This document shows positions 41,636-50,200 of a stretch of DNA of 64,000 bases, in pieces. The notes under the pieces were generated by a model. That model did no database searches. It had not been told where the DNA came from and was given only the letters and a program-made list of their open reading frames with translations. The translations under genes and the position numbers were made by a program. Position 1 is the first letter of the stretch, and every line of letters starts with the position of its first letter. The DNA comes from a virus: positions 14,368 through 78,367 of IMG/VR virus record IMGVR_UViG_3300028654_000015; one strand, given 5' to 3'.

Positions 41636-42707
41636 TACACTAGACCCTCTAAACTTTCGAATAACTAAACATATAATTGCTAATGAAGAGTGTACATTTG
41701 TTACTCCTCTATCCATAATGGCCGACTGGACTGCCCACAACTTACATCTAAGATCTTCTATCTGGAATTCACAAGGTGAATTAATTTCTGCGAGTTACCC
41801 AAAGTTTTTTAATCTAGAAGAAAAACCAAATATTACACCATTTGACGGAAATTTAACTAATTGTTCTATCGTAGACAAAGTAGATGGATCTGCCCTAATA
41901 TTTTCTAGATACAAGGGGCAACAAATACTTCGCACTAGAGGTAATATCGATGCATATAATATGCCCAATGGTGATGATTTAATATATTTTGAACAATATA
42001 TTTTACCCAAAATTCCAAAAGATGATACACTAAATGCTTCTTATATTTTTGAATGGACCTCTCCAAGAAATAGAATTGTGGTAGATTATGGCAATCAACC
42101 AAGATTTCAATTGACTAATATAATATCTCATACAGACTATTCACTAACATCACAGAATGAATTGGATACATTAGCATTCGAAAGAAAATACGATAGACCA
42201 ATGAGAATTAGATTCGAATGTAATAGTATAGAATTGTTAATTAACGATATTAAAGGATGGAAAAATAGTGAAGGTATTTGTTTATATTACAATAATGATC
42301 AAAATATAAGAAAAATCAAATCAACATGGTATTTAAAATGTCATGCAATGAAATCTCAATGTAATATGAAAACCATGCTAGAATTATATGATGTATATGA
42401 AAGACCAGATAAGAAAACATTCCATGAAAGATTTGATAAAGAGTTTGATTTTGAAATCTCTACTATAGCAAAACCTTTGATTAATCAACTATATGAAGCA
42501 GAGACAAAAACCAAAGAATCGAGAAATGAAGTAATTCAGTTTACTATAGAAAATTCTAGTTTAAACGATAAAGACTTTGCTATGTTGGTGAATAAGAAAT
42601 ACCAACTAGAAAACTATACAAAGCCATTAGCATTCGCATTAAGAAAAAAGAAATCAATAGATCTTATTGTACTAAACATGATGAAACATGAATTATCTAC
42701 AATATAA
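41619..42707 (+). CDS. rnlA: RNA ligase, T4 Rnl1-like
   Basis: PKFFNL, motif I KVDGS, RTRG, FEWTSPRNRIVV, EG, KIKS.WY. Confidence 0.75.
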   Translation: MKINLNTLDPLNFRITKHIIANEECTFVTPLSIMADWTAHNLHLRSSIWNSQGELISASYPKFFNLEEKPNITPFDGNLTNCSIVDKVDGSALIFSRYKGQQILRTRGNIDAYNMPNGDDLIYFEQYILPKIPKDDTLNASYIFEWTSPRNRIVVDYGNQPRFQLTNIISHTDYSLTSQNELDTLAFERKYDRPMRIRFECNSIELLINDIKGWKNSEGICLYYNNDQNIRKIKSTWYLKCHAMKSQCNMKTMLELYDVYERPDKKTFHERFDKEFDFEISTIAKPLINQLYEAETKTKESRNEVIQFTIENSSLNDKDFAMLVNKKYQLENYTKPLAFALRKKKSIDLIVLNMMKHELSTI

Positions 42708-42942
42708 AGAAGATAATAAAAACATAAATTTACTAACCAATGAAGTTAAGAGTCTTTTAAAACTTTATAGACCAGATCTAGATTCTGGCCAAATAGTATG
42801 GCATTTAATATCTGGACTTATAACTGGTTATATAGTCAATGATGAATATATCGTATTTACTAGAATCTCTAAAGATCTAGGGTTTAGTAATGTAGAACAC
42901 TTAAAGAGAGCCCTACAGCCAAATTTTACTTGGAAACCATAA
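42688..42942 (+). CDS. Hypothetical protein
   Basis: ORF overlapping the ligase stop. Confidence 0.5.
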   Translation: MNYLQYKEDNKNINLLTNEVKSLLKLYRPDLDSGQIVWHLISGLITGYIVNDEYIVFTRISKDLGFSNVEHLKRALQPNFTWKP

Positions 42943-42951
42943 ATACTATGC

Positions 42952-43506
42952 ATGGTAGATATAAGAGCATTTTCTTCACCTTTAAAGTATCAAGTTTCGA
43001 TTACAAGATGTCCAAATACGACATTTTTCGTACAATCGGTGACTCTGCCCGGTCTCACAATAGGTACTGCAACGGCTGGCACCCCCTTCAGTAAACTATT
43101 CTTTCAAGGAGACCACTTAACCTGGGGTACCTTCGATCTAACCTTCAAATTAGATGCAGAATGGAGTAATTGGTATGAAATTCAAAATTGGATAATAGGT
43201 CAAGGGTTTCCACGTAATTTTGGTGAATACCAAGCATTGAAGTCCGGAACCGATAAAAATCTTGATAATGGACCATTAGTACCGCCTAAAAAACAACAAT
43301 TGAAAAGAAAAGATGGCGATATTTACTCTCAAATTATATTAGAGATATTAACAAGTAAGAACAATCCAATTGTTGAATTCCAATTTAAAGATGCATTTCC
43401 AGTTGCGCTAAGTCCCTTGGAACTAGATTCTACTAAAGAAGATGTTGAATTTTTAACTGCTTCTGTTACATTTAAGTATACGTACTACACAGTTATACGT
43501 CCTTAA
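42952..43506 (+). CDS. gp3: Tail tube terminator (tail completion) gp3
   Basis: SPLKY...FFVQSVTLPG, NWYEIQNW, FKDAFPVALS, VTFKYTYY; late promoter CATAAATA at 42938. Confidence 0.85.
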   Translation: MVDIRAFSSPLKYQVSITRCPNTTFFVQSVTLPGLTIGTATAGTPFSKLFFQGDHLTWGTFDLTFKLDAEWSNWYEIQNWIIGQGFPRNFGEYQALKSGTDKNLDNGPLVPPKKQQLKRKDGDIYSQIILEILTSKNNPIVEFQFKDAFPVALSPLELDSTKEDVEFLTASVTFKYTYYTVIRP

Positions 43507-43519
43507 TAGTAATTTCATT

Positions 43520-43699
43520 ATGAATGAATACGAATATAGAGACCAGCATCATCCGTGGTGCAATAAACAAACGGGACCTATTGAAGAATGTCATTTTTGT
43601 TCGAAAAAAGGTAAAGACTTCTTTGGAAAATATCCATTAGAAGAAGATGGTGATATAGATGTTCACAAATATTTTACTGATGTAATAGAACGTAAATAA
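43520..43699 (+). CDS. Small His/Cys-containing hypothetical protein; absent from the ORF track
   Basis: 59 aa MNEYEYRDQHHPWCNKQTGPIEECHFCSKKG...; fills the gap between g3 and 43702. Confidence 0.55.
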   Translation: MNEYEYRDQHHPWCNKQTGPIEECHFCSKKGKDFFGKYPLEEDGDIDVHKYFTDVIERK

Positions 43700-43701
43700 C
43701 T

Positions 43702-44040
43702 ATGGCAAAGAAAATAATTAGACCTAAGAAAATAAAAATCAATGAAAGCGAATACAAGATAGTATCTCGTTCTAAATCTTGGGAACGCAAACATAAAGCA
43801 CTTGGTCAAATTCATTATGATAAGCATCTCATAGAACTATTCAAAAATCAACCATCAGATGAACTAATTGATAGCACCATACATGAAATCATGCATGGTA
43901 TTATCAAAGAACATGAAGTCAAATTAGATGGTAGAAAAGAAGAAGCATTAGTAACAGGTCTAGCAAATGGGCTTACACAAGTTTTTAGAGACAATCCAAA
44001 TCTTCTTATTTGGTTCTATAACAAGATTCAAAAGCCATAA
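43702..44040 (+). CDS. Small zincin-like HEXXH protein
   Basis: STIHEIMHGI followed by a downstream EE; typical phage mini-metallopeptidase. Confidence 0.65.
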   Translation: MAKKIIRPKKIKINESEYKIVSRSKSWERKHKALGQIHYDKHLIELFKNQPSDELIDSTIHEIMHGIIKEHEVKLDGRKEEALVTGLANGLTQVFRDNPNLLIWFYNKIQKP

Positions 44041-44043
44041 GAT

Positions 44044-44280
44044 ATGAAGGTTCCAAATTGGTTAATGACCATCAAAGAAGGTGATGAGTTAATTTTGTAT
44101 TTTCCCTATACAGGGGATCTAGTTAATGCTAAAGTATTAACCAAACAAGATCACATGAATGGATTTTGTGCGAAATATAAAATAAAAGACTTAAATTTTA
44201 GTAAATGGTTGTTCTATGCAGATTATGCAAATGATGATGCAAATTCTATGAAGTGGTTAGCATATGAAGTCTCAAAATGA
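44044..44280 (+). CDS. Hypothetical protein
   Basis: ORF in a tightly packed operon. Confidence 0.5.
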   Translation: MKVPNWLMTIKEGDELILYFPYTGDLVNAKVLTKQDHMNGFCAKYKIKDLNFSKWLFYADYANDDANSMKWLAYEVSK

Positions 44281-44461
44281 AAAAATGATTGCATGGAATC
44301 CTAAAACTGTCATAGGAATGGGAGATAAATGTAGAGTGCTAGATGGTACATTTACTGGCATTCTTAATGATCGTTTAATAGTTTTTGTTGACCCATATAC
44401 ACTTAGAGATGAAACTATAGAAGAATCTAGAAAAAGATTGGTAAATCATAATGAAGATTAA
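44264..44461 (+). CDS. Hypothetical protein
   Basis: ORF in a tightly packed operon. Confidence 0.45.
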   Translation: MKSQNEKMIAWNPKTVIGMGDKCRVLDGTFTGILNDRLIVFVDPYTLRDETIEESRKRLVNHNED

Positions 44462-44463
44462 AC

Positions 44464-44844
44464 ATGAAGTTAATAATAGCAGGTTCTAGAAATTATAATA
44501 ATTATAATTTCATCAAAGAATCAGTTCAAAATATAATGAGAGAGTCTTATAATTCTGGTATTGCATTACAGATCGAAAGTATAGTTTCTGGTGGTGCTAA
44601 TGGTGTTGATAAATTAGGAGAACAGTTTGCTAAAGAATTCAATATACCATGTATTGTATTTCCTGCTAATTGGTCAAAACATGGTAAAGCGGCAGGACCA
44701 ATAAGAAACAAAGAAATGGCAGAATTTGCAGATACATTGATAGCATTTCCAGATATGAAAAGTATTGGAACTATTAATATGATTACAACCATGAAAAATT
44801 TAAACAAAAAAGTATATGTAGTGGAAATTAAAGATGTTAAATGA
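44464..44844 (+). CDS. SLOG-family protein (DUF2493/YspA-like)
   Basis: IIAGSR, IVSGGANGVD, PANW..HGKAAGPIRN.EMA, S.GT..MI. Confidence 0.85.
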   Translation: MKLIIAGSRNYNNYNFIKESVQNIMRESYNSGIALQIESIVSGGANGVDKLGEQFAKEFNIPCIVFPANWSKHGKAAGPIRNKEMAEFADTLIAFPDMKSIGTINMITTMKNLNKKVYVVEIKDVK

Positions 44845-44998
44845 CCTTGACGAGGAATTGATAAAATATTTGCTTCCAGATATGGAAATAAGAGAATATG
44901 CTATAAAACTAGCAAAAGAAGTTCTAGAAGAAATACGACTAGATTCTATAAGAATAGAATCAAAGAAAGCATGGCAACAACATGAAAATGGAGATTGA
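44834..44998 (+). CDS. Small helical hypothetical protein; absent from the ORF track
   Basis: 54 aa MLNDLDEELIKYLLPDMEIREYAIKLAKEVLEEIRLDSIRIESKKAWQQHENGD; overlaps both neighbours. Confidence 0.55.
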   Translation: MLNDLDEELIKYLLPDMEIREYAIKLAKEVLEEIRLDSIRIESKKAWQQHENGD

Positions 44999-45203
44999 AT
45001 CATATCAAGAACTACAAGCAATTCATGGATTAGATGCACAAAATGAATTGGTGAAAATTCTTTCGGATGAAATTCTTGCAGAAATTAATAGAGAAGTAAT
45101 TAGAACAATATATAATGAAGAAAGACATGAATACTATTATGAATTTCAAAAACAAAAACGTAATGATATAATAATATGGTGTGATCATGAGAATGGAGAA
45201 TGA
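44982..45203 (+). CDS. Mini-protein homologous to gp23 residues 206-242
   Basis: QELQAIHGLDAQNELVKILSDEILAEINREVIRTIYN versus gp23 QDLKAVHGLDAEAELANILSAEILAEINREIIRTIYN, 28/37 identical. Confidence 0.85.
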   Translation: MKMEIESYQELQAIHGLDAQNELVKILSDEILAEINREVIRTIYNEERHEYYYEFQKQKRNDIIIWCDHENGE

Positions 45204-45391
45204 GAATCCATAAAATTATAGACTATATAATGAGAAGGGCAAATGAAGCATCTTGTTTGGGACAAGAATTTAATAAAGATTTATTATTAGATATAGAATT
45301 GAGTAGATTTGATGAATATGCAAATGAATTATTAAATATATTATATGAAGAAATATCATACAATTGGTATACAAATCATATTGGAGAATAA
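45200..45391 (+). CDS. Small hypothetical protein, weakly similar to the upstream mini-ORFs
   Basis: ATGA overlap with 44982-45203; contains ANELLNILYEEI and ends HIGE. Confidence 0.55.
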   Translation: MRIHKIIDYIMRRANEASCLGQEFNKDLLLDIELSRFDEYANELLNILYEEISYNWYTNHIGE

Positions 45392-45393
45392 TA

Positions 45394-45831
45394 ATGGCTA
45401 CCTTAGAAGAACTAGAAAATGAATGGTCTAAAGATTGTAAGATAGATAGAACAAATCTAGATGGCGAATCTTTAAAAATACCGGAACTTCACAATAAGTA
45501 CTACAAACTCTATATAAGAGAACGTGTACAATTCAAACAAGATGAATTCACTTTAGATGAATTCCTAAAAACAAAAACTCAGTATTACCAAGGTAAACTA
45601 GATAAACAAACTCTAGATGAAAATAAGTGGGAACCATTTGATTTGATACTAATAAAACAAGATTTAGATCTATATCTAGATGCAGATAAAGATATAATCA
45701 AAAGAAAATTGAAAATGCATCTTCAAAAAGAAAAAGTAGAATTTCTTGAGAGTATAATCAAAACAATCAATAATAGATCCTTTATTATTCGTGATGCTCT
45801 CGAATTTATTAAGTTTTCTAGTGGCAAATAA
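45394..45831 (+). CDS. uvsY: Recombination mediator UvsY
   Basis: W.KDCKID..NLD.ESLKIPELHNKY, YLDAD.D, R.F.I..A.EF.KF; ATG 45394 after GGAG. Confidence 0.9.
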   Translation: MATLEELENEWSKDCKIDRTNLDGESLKIPELHNKYYKLYIRERVQFKQDEFTLDEFLKTKTQYYQGKLDKQTLDENKWEPFDLILIKQDLDLYLDADKDIIKRKLKMHLQKEKVEFLESIIKTINNRSFIIRDALEFIKFSSGK

Positions 45832-45875
45832 CATCATTTCCAATCTTCTAAATATTGTTGTAGATATATTACAAC

Positions 45876-47375
45876 ATGAAAGAAGAATTGACAGAAGAAA
45901 TAATTTGGATTCGTAAAAAGAACGAAGTTTATCTACAGGTAGATGCATCTCCTGGTATTCTTAGAGAGATGCAAGATCATTTCAAATTTAGAGTACCTGG
46001 ATATCAATTTCATCCAGCATATAAACGTAGACAATGGGATGGGTTTCTACGTATCTTTAATACATATGATGGTACTTTATTTCTTGGTTTGATAAATCGA
46101 CTAGAAGAGTTTTGTAAAACTAGAAATTATAAAGTAATAATTGAAAAAGAAGTTACAGATAGAGTACTAGCATTTACTCAAGAAGATGCAAAAAACTATT
46201 CTTTAACTTTAAAGTTGCCATTCGAACTAAGAGAAGATCAATTAAAAATCATACATCATTGTATAGTAAATAATAGAGCATTAATTTTATCACCAACTTC
46301 ATCTGGTAAATCAGCATTAATATATTCACTTGCAAGATGGTATCATGAAAAAACATTAATTATAGTACCAACATTAGATCTAATATCTCAGACATATGAC
46401 ATGTTTAAAACTTATTCAAAAGATAATAAATTTGATGTAGAAAAAAATATGCATACTATTTTCTCTGGTCAAGATAAAGATAGTAAAAAACAAATTTTCT
46501 TAAGTACCTGGCAAAGTATTCATAAAATGTCAAAGAAATGGTTTGACCAATTCAATCTTGTTATATTCGATGAAGCACATACAGCACAAGCAAATTGTAT
46601 TAAAGATATAATGATAAAATTAGAAAATTGCAAATATAGATTTGGTCTTACTGGTACATTAGATGGTAGTAAATGTCATGAAATGGTATTATCTGGTTTA
46701 TTTGGTGAAATATTCTCTGGTTCTACTTCTAGTGAATTAATGAAGAAAAAGGTTATATCAGATCTACAAATAAATTGTTTAATACTTGAATATTCAGAAG
46801 CAGAAAGAAAACAAGTTAAAGAATTAAAATATCATGAAGAAATAAAGTTTTTAACACTACATTCAAAAAGAAATAAGTTTATAAAAAACTTAGCAATAAG
46901 TATGAAAAATAATACTCTCGTTCTTTTTCAATATATCGAACATGGTAAGACATTATTTGAATTAATAAAAGAAGAATTAAAGAAAACAGACCCAAAAAGA
47001 AGAGTTTTCTTCATTGCAGGTGAAATTGAAAAAGATGTTAGAGAAAAGGTAAGACTTCTAACAGAAAAAGAAAAGAATGCTATTATAGTTGCAAGTGTTG
47101 CAATATACAGTACTGGTATTAATATTAGAAATTTAAAAACTCTTATATTTGCATCTCCTACAAAATCTCGAATTAGAACACTACAATCTATAGGTAGAAC
47201 GCTAAGAATAGGGGATGAATCATCAGAAGCAATTATGTACGATATAGTAGATGATCTTACATATAAATCTCACCAAAATTTTGCAACAACTCATTTCTTA
47301 GCAAGAGCAAAAATATATAAAAGTGAGAAATATCCATTCAAAATCAAAAAAATAATACTAACAAAAGACAAATAA
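45876..47375 (+). CDS. uvsW: SF2 DNA helicase UvsW
   Basis: WDG..R.F, SPTSSGKS, DEAH, GLTGT, QSIGR.LR. Confidence 0.95.
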   Translation: MKEELTEEIIWIRKKNEVYLQVDASPGILREMQDHFKFRVPGYQFHPAYKRRQWDGFLRIFNTYDGTLFLGLINRLEEFCKTRNYKVIIEKEVTDRVLAFTQEDAKNYSLTLKLPFELREDQLKIIHHCIVNNRALILSPTSSGKSALIYSLARWYHEKTLIIVPTLDLISQTYDMFKTYSKDNKFDVEKNMHTIFSGQDKDSKKQIFLSTWQSIHKMSKKWFDQFNLVIFDEAHTAQANCIKDIMIKLENCKYRFGLTGTLDGSKCHEMVLSGLFGEIFSGSTSSELMKKKVISDLQINCLILEYSEAERKQVKELKYHEEIKFLTLHSKRNKFIKNLAISMKNNTLVLFQYIEHGKTLFELIKEELKKTDPKRRVFFIAGEIEKDVREKVRLLTEKEKNAIIVASVAIYSTGINIRNLKTLIFASPTKSRIRTLQSIGRTLRIGDESSEAIMYDIVDDLTYKSHQNFATTHFLARAKIYKSEKYPFKIKKIILTKDK

Positions 47376-47396
47376 ATATTAATATAAGGGTACATC

Positions 47397-47807
47397 ATGG
47401 CAGATATTAAAGTTATTAAACTATGTTCTGGTGAAGAAATAATTGGAGTAATAGAATTAAACAGTGAAAATCATGAGGAAACTCTTGTAAGAAATTCCAT
47501 GAAAATTGTTTATGAATATGACGATAAAAAGAGGCCACATGTTTTTCTATATGATTGGATACCAGCAGCAGTAGATGAAGTATATCCAATCAAAAATGTA
47601 TCTATGATGACTGCTCCGTTATCTCCACATGGCGATTTAGAAGATCTTTATGTTAAAATTTCCATAGAAAGAACTATAGAACATAACGAATTCGATAATA
47701 CTGAATTAGATTCTATAGAAGATTTAGATGATGTGAGTAAATCCACAGAGGACCTCATTAAAAAGTTAATGAAAGATGATTTCGAAGATGATGACGATCT
47801 ACAGTAG
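47397..47807 (+). CDS. Conserved Sm-like-fold hypothetical protein
   Basis: IKVIKL.SGEEIIG start and acidic tail; usual gene between uvsW and g55; late promoter 47371-47378. Confidence 0.6.
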   Translation: MADIKVIKLCSGEEIIGVIELNSENHEETLVRNSMKIVYEYDDKKRPHVFLYDWIPAAVDEVYPIKNVSMMTAPLSPHGDLEDLYVKISIERTIEHNEFDNTELDSIEDLDDVSKSTEDLIKKLMKDDFEDDDDLQ

Positions 47808-48004
47808 AAATTCATCAAATTAATGCATTATAAAATCAATATGTTATAAACATATATTTCATAATTATTATAGTATCTGAACCTGGTATCATATTCTATA
47901 TAAAACATACAAACCAAGCCAAATGAGGTAAATGACAATTATTTTGATTGGAAGAAACTTTTTTCTAGAATATGCATTCTACTACCTGCCAATTTACTAT
48001 TTCG

Positions 48005-48195
48005 AAGGGATAGATAGGATCTGAGAGTCCCTAACAAACTCCTAACTGACTGTTATCCAGAACCTAATAGACAGTCTACAACTGTTCCAGAAAACATCCT
48101 AACGAAAACAAAAAACGGACTTAGTTCCGATCCTTAAAGTCAATCCAAACCATCCTCCTTCCTGTTTGTGATCTTGTGCGGTTGAGGGAAAACCA
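48005..48195 (-). ncRNA. Candidate GGA-rich structured small RNA
   Basis: 11 GGA on the minus strand within 48028-48162, several short hairpins, no ORF; no expression evidence. Confidence 0.35.
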
Positions 48196-48272
48196 TTTAT
48201 TTTTTATGAATATATAAGAGGTATAATCCATTTGTTGTTATTATGTATATTTTATACTAGAATGATCGTTCT

Positions 48273-48830
48273 ATGAGTGAAGAAAAAGCGAAAAAAGTCC
48301 CCAAAGAAGAGAAACCTCATTACGTGGACAATAAAGAGTTTCTAAAGCATATGAAATTGCATATAAAAGCAGTTAGACATGCAAAAAAGAATAAACTTCC
48401 AATACCACCTATATCAGAGTACATAGGTACATGTATATTCAAGATAGCCCATAAAATAGCCAATAGACATAATTTTTCTAAGTATCCATTTAGAGAAGAA
48501 ATGATTTCAGATGGTATAGAAAATACACTTCAATATATTAATAATTTTAATCCAAGAAAATCTACAAATCCATATGGCTATGTGACACAAATTATATGGT
48601 TTGCTTTTGTAAGACGAATTCAAAAAGAAAAGAAATATCTTTATACAAAATTTAAGTTATTTGAAAGTAATGCTATAAATCAAATAACAGAAGTTGATAT
48701 TGGAAAAGCAAATAACAAATATGGCAATGAATATTCAGATTCAGTTATGAGAGATTTCGTAGAAAACTTTGAAAAAAGTAAATCCAACAAAGTAAGAACA
48801 AAAGAAAAAGATAAAAAGAAATCCAAATAA
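48273..48830 (+). CDS. gp55: Late-transcription sigma factor gp55
   Basis: HYVDNKEF, YIG.CI.KIA, FSKYPFREEMISDGIEN, YVTQIIWFAFVRRIQKEKK. Confidence 0.95.
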   Translation: MSEEKAKKVPKEEKPHYVDNKEFLKHMKLHIKAVRHAKKNKLPIPPISEYIGTCIFKIAHKIANRHNFSKYPFREEMISDGIENTLQYINNFNPRKSTNPYGYVTQIIWFAFVRRIQKEKKYLYTKFKLFESNAINQITEVDIGKANNKYGNEYSDSVMRDFVENFEKSKSNKVRTKEKDKKKSK

Positions 48831-48839
48831 TATATACAT

Positions 48840-48867
48840 TTGACTTTATAATGATAACCATTATACT
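48840..48867 (+). promoter_or_regulatory. Sigma70-like promoter TTGACT-N16-TATACT
   Basis: Near-consensus; ends 6 nt before ATG 48874. Confidence 0.6.
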
Positions 48868-48873
48868 ACCTAA

Positions 48874-49584
48874 ATGTCTAGATTTCATTATTATAGTAAA
48901 AGACCTTTCCGTATGCTCTCTGATATAGAGAGATTTATTGCATATAGAACTTACGATAAGTACCATATAGTTAATACTGGTTTAGAACCATCATATTATG
49001 ATATCAGTGAAAGACTTCTACACGCTAATTTCTCTTTATTAAAAGACTTTGTTGAATGCGAACTTGCAGGATTGCAACTTGCATTTGGTAATGATAAGAA
49101 AAAAATACCGATATCTTTTAAAATTAGAAGAAAGATGCCTGCTCTTATTGAGCGATTATTTTTACCAGAATTTAGATCTAGTTCTCTAGGCATTGATTAT
49201 ATCAATGCTCAAATAAAAATGTATAGCAAACCAATAAAATATACAAGTAAAGATTGGAGAAATTCACATCTTAGAGTATGGAATGAAGTTTTTCTTCTTT
49301 ATTTTTGGTGGGATTTTCGTCTAAATCAGAGAAAAGAACCAGAAGAACTTTCAGGTTTACATAAACTTTCAGAAAAAATAAGGGAAAAGTATGGTAAAGT
49401 TTATGAATTCAAAAAAGTGGAAGGTTCTACTAGTAGTGAAATGATTTTCGTTGGTGATAAAAAAGAAAGAAAACAATATGATCTATTAATTAGAAAATCT
49501 TGGAAAATTGAAGGTGAACAAAGAAAAGAAGACGAAGATATGTTGGTTCGTTTAGTTAAAATTAGAGAATATCTCTGGACCTAA
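48874..49584 (+). CDS. Hypothetical protein
   Basis: 236-aa ORF with its own promoter; ends EDEDMLVRLVKIREYLWT. Confidence 0.65.
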   Translation: MSRFHYYSKRPFRMLSDIERFIAYRTYDKYHIVNTGLEPSYYDISERLLHANFSLLKDFVECELAGLQLAFGNDKKKIPISFKIRRKMPALIERLFLPEFRSSSLGIDYINAQIKMYSKPIKYTSKDWRNSHLRVWNEVFLLYFWWDFRLNQRKEPEELSGLHKLSEKIREKYGKVYEFKKVEGSTSSEMIFVGDKKERKQYDLLIRKSWKIEGEQRKEDEDMLVRLVKIREYLWT

Positions 49585-49592
49585 TATTATGT

Positions 49593-49892
49593 ATGTTTGG
49601 GTTTATTTTTAATAAAAATACTATAATGGATCCAATCGTAGATAAAGTAGAAGAAAGAAAGCAGAATATTTGTAGCAGTTTATTTACGCATTGTAATAAT
49701 AGAATTTTAAATAGTAAAAGAATAGCAGAAGAATTGGTAAAGGAATTCGGACCAGCAAATAATTTTGATCTTCTTTTAGAAGTAGTCAAGAATTATAAAA
49801 GTTCTGGCCGTGGATTAGAAAAGGCTGTTAATGAAATACATCATATGATAGAATTTGTACCTAGTTATACAACATGGAAATTAAATATATGA
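49593..49892 (+). CDS. Hypothetical protein
   Basis: ORF in operon. Confidence 0.5.
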   Translation: MFGFIFNKNTIMDPIVDKVEERKQNICSSLFTHCNNRILNSKRIAEELVKEFGPANNFDLLLEVVKNYKSSGRGLEKAVNEIHHMIEFVPSYTTWKLNI

Positions 49893-50200
49893 CAAAAAAG
49901 AAAACCGTAATAAAGAAACCAAGAACAAAACCAAATAAATTAGTAACTTCTTCAATTGAAGAAATTGCTGGTGCTAAGATATTCGAATTAGCACCAGAAT
50001 ATGTAGAAATAAATGGTTGGGTTTATGAACGACTACATAAGATAAGTGAAGGTGTCAATTTAGAATTGACGTTTGAAGCATCATTGGTTGAACAGTTGGA
50101 AAATGAAGTAAAAAACTCTAATGGTAGATATTTTAATGTACAACAATTGGTACGAGATAAACTTTCAAGATTTAAAAGTGCAATAGAAAATAATGCATGA
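49889..50200 (+). CDS. Hypothetical protein
   Basis: ATGA overlaps at both ends suggest a start at 49889. Confidence 0.55.
   Translation: MTKKKTVIKKPRTKPNKLVTSSIEEIAGAKIFELAPEYVEINGWVYERLHKISEGVNLELTFEASLVEQLENEVKNSNGRYFNVQQLVRDKLSRFKSAIENNA

Noticed and set aside
44982-45203. Mini-gp23 as a Gol peptide copy, g24 vertex gene or pseudogene
   Set aside because: The Gol-equivalent region (RRALPNLIAFDVCGVQPM) is a different part of gp23; the ORF is far too short for gp24; the intact frame and silent-site divergence argue against simple decay
47808-48272. tRNA genes in the large intergenic gap
   Set aside because: No cloverleaf or convincing T-loop with a matching acceptor stem was found by eye; tRNAscan-SE would confirm
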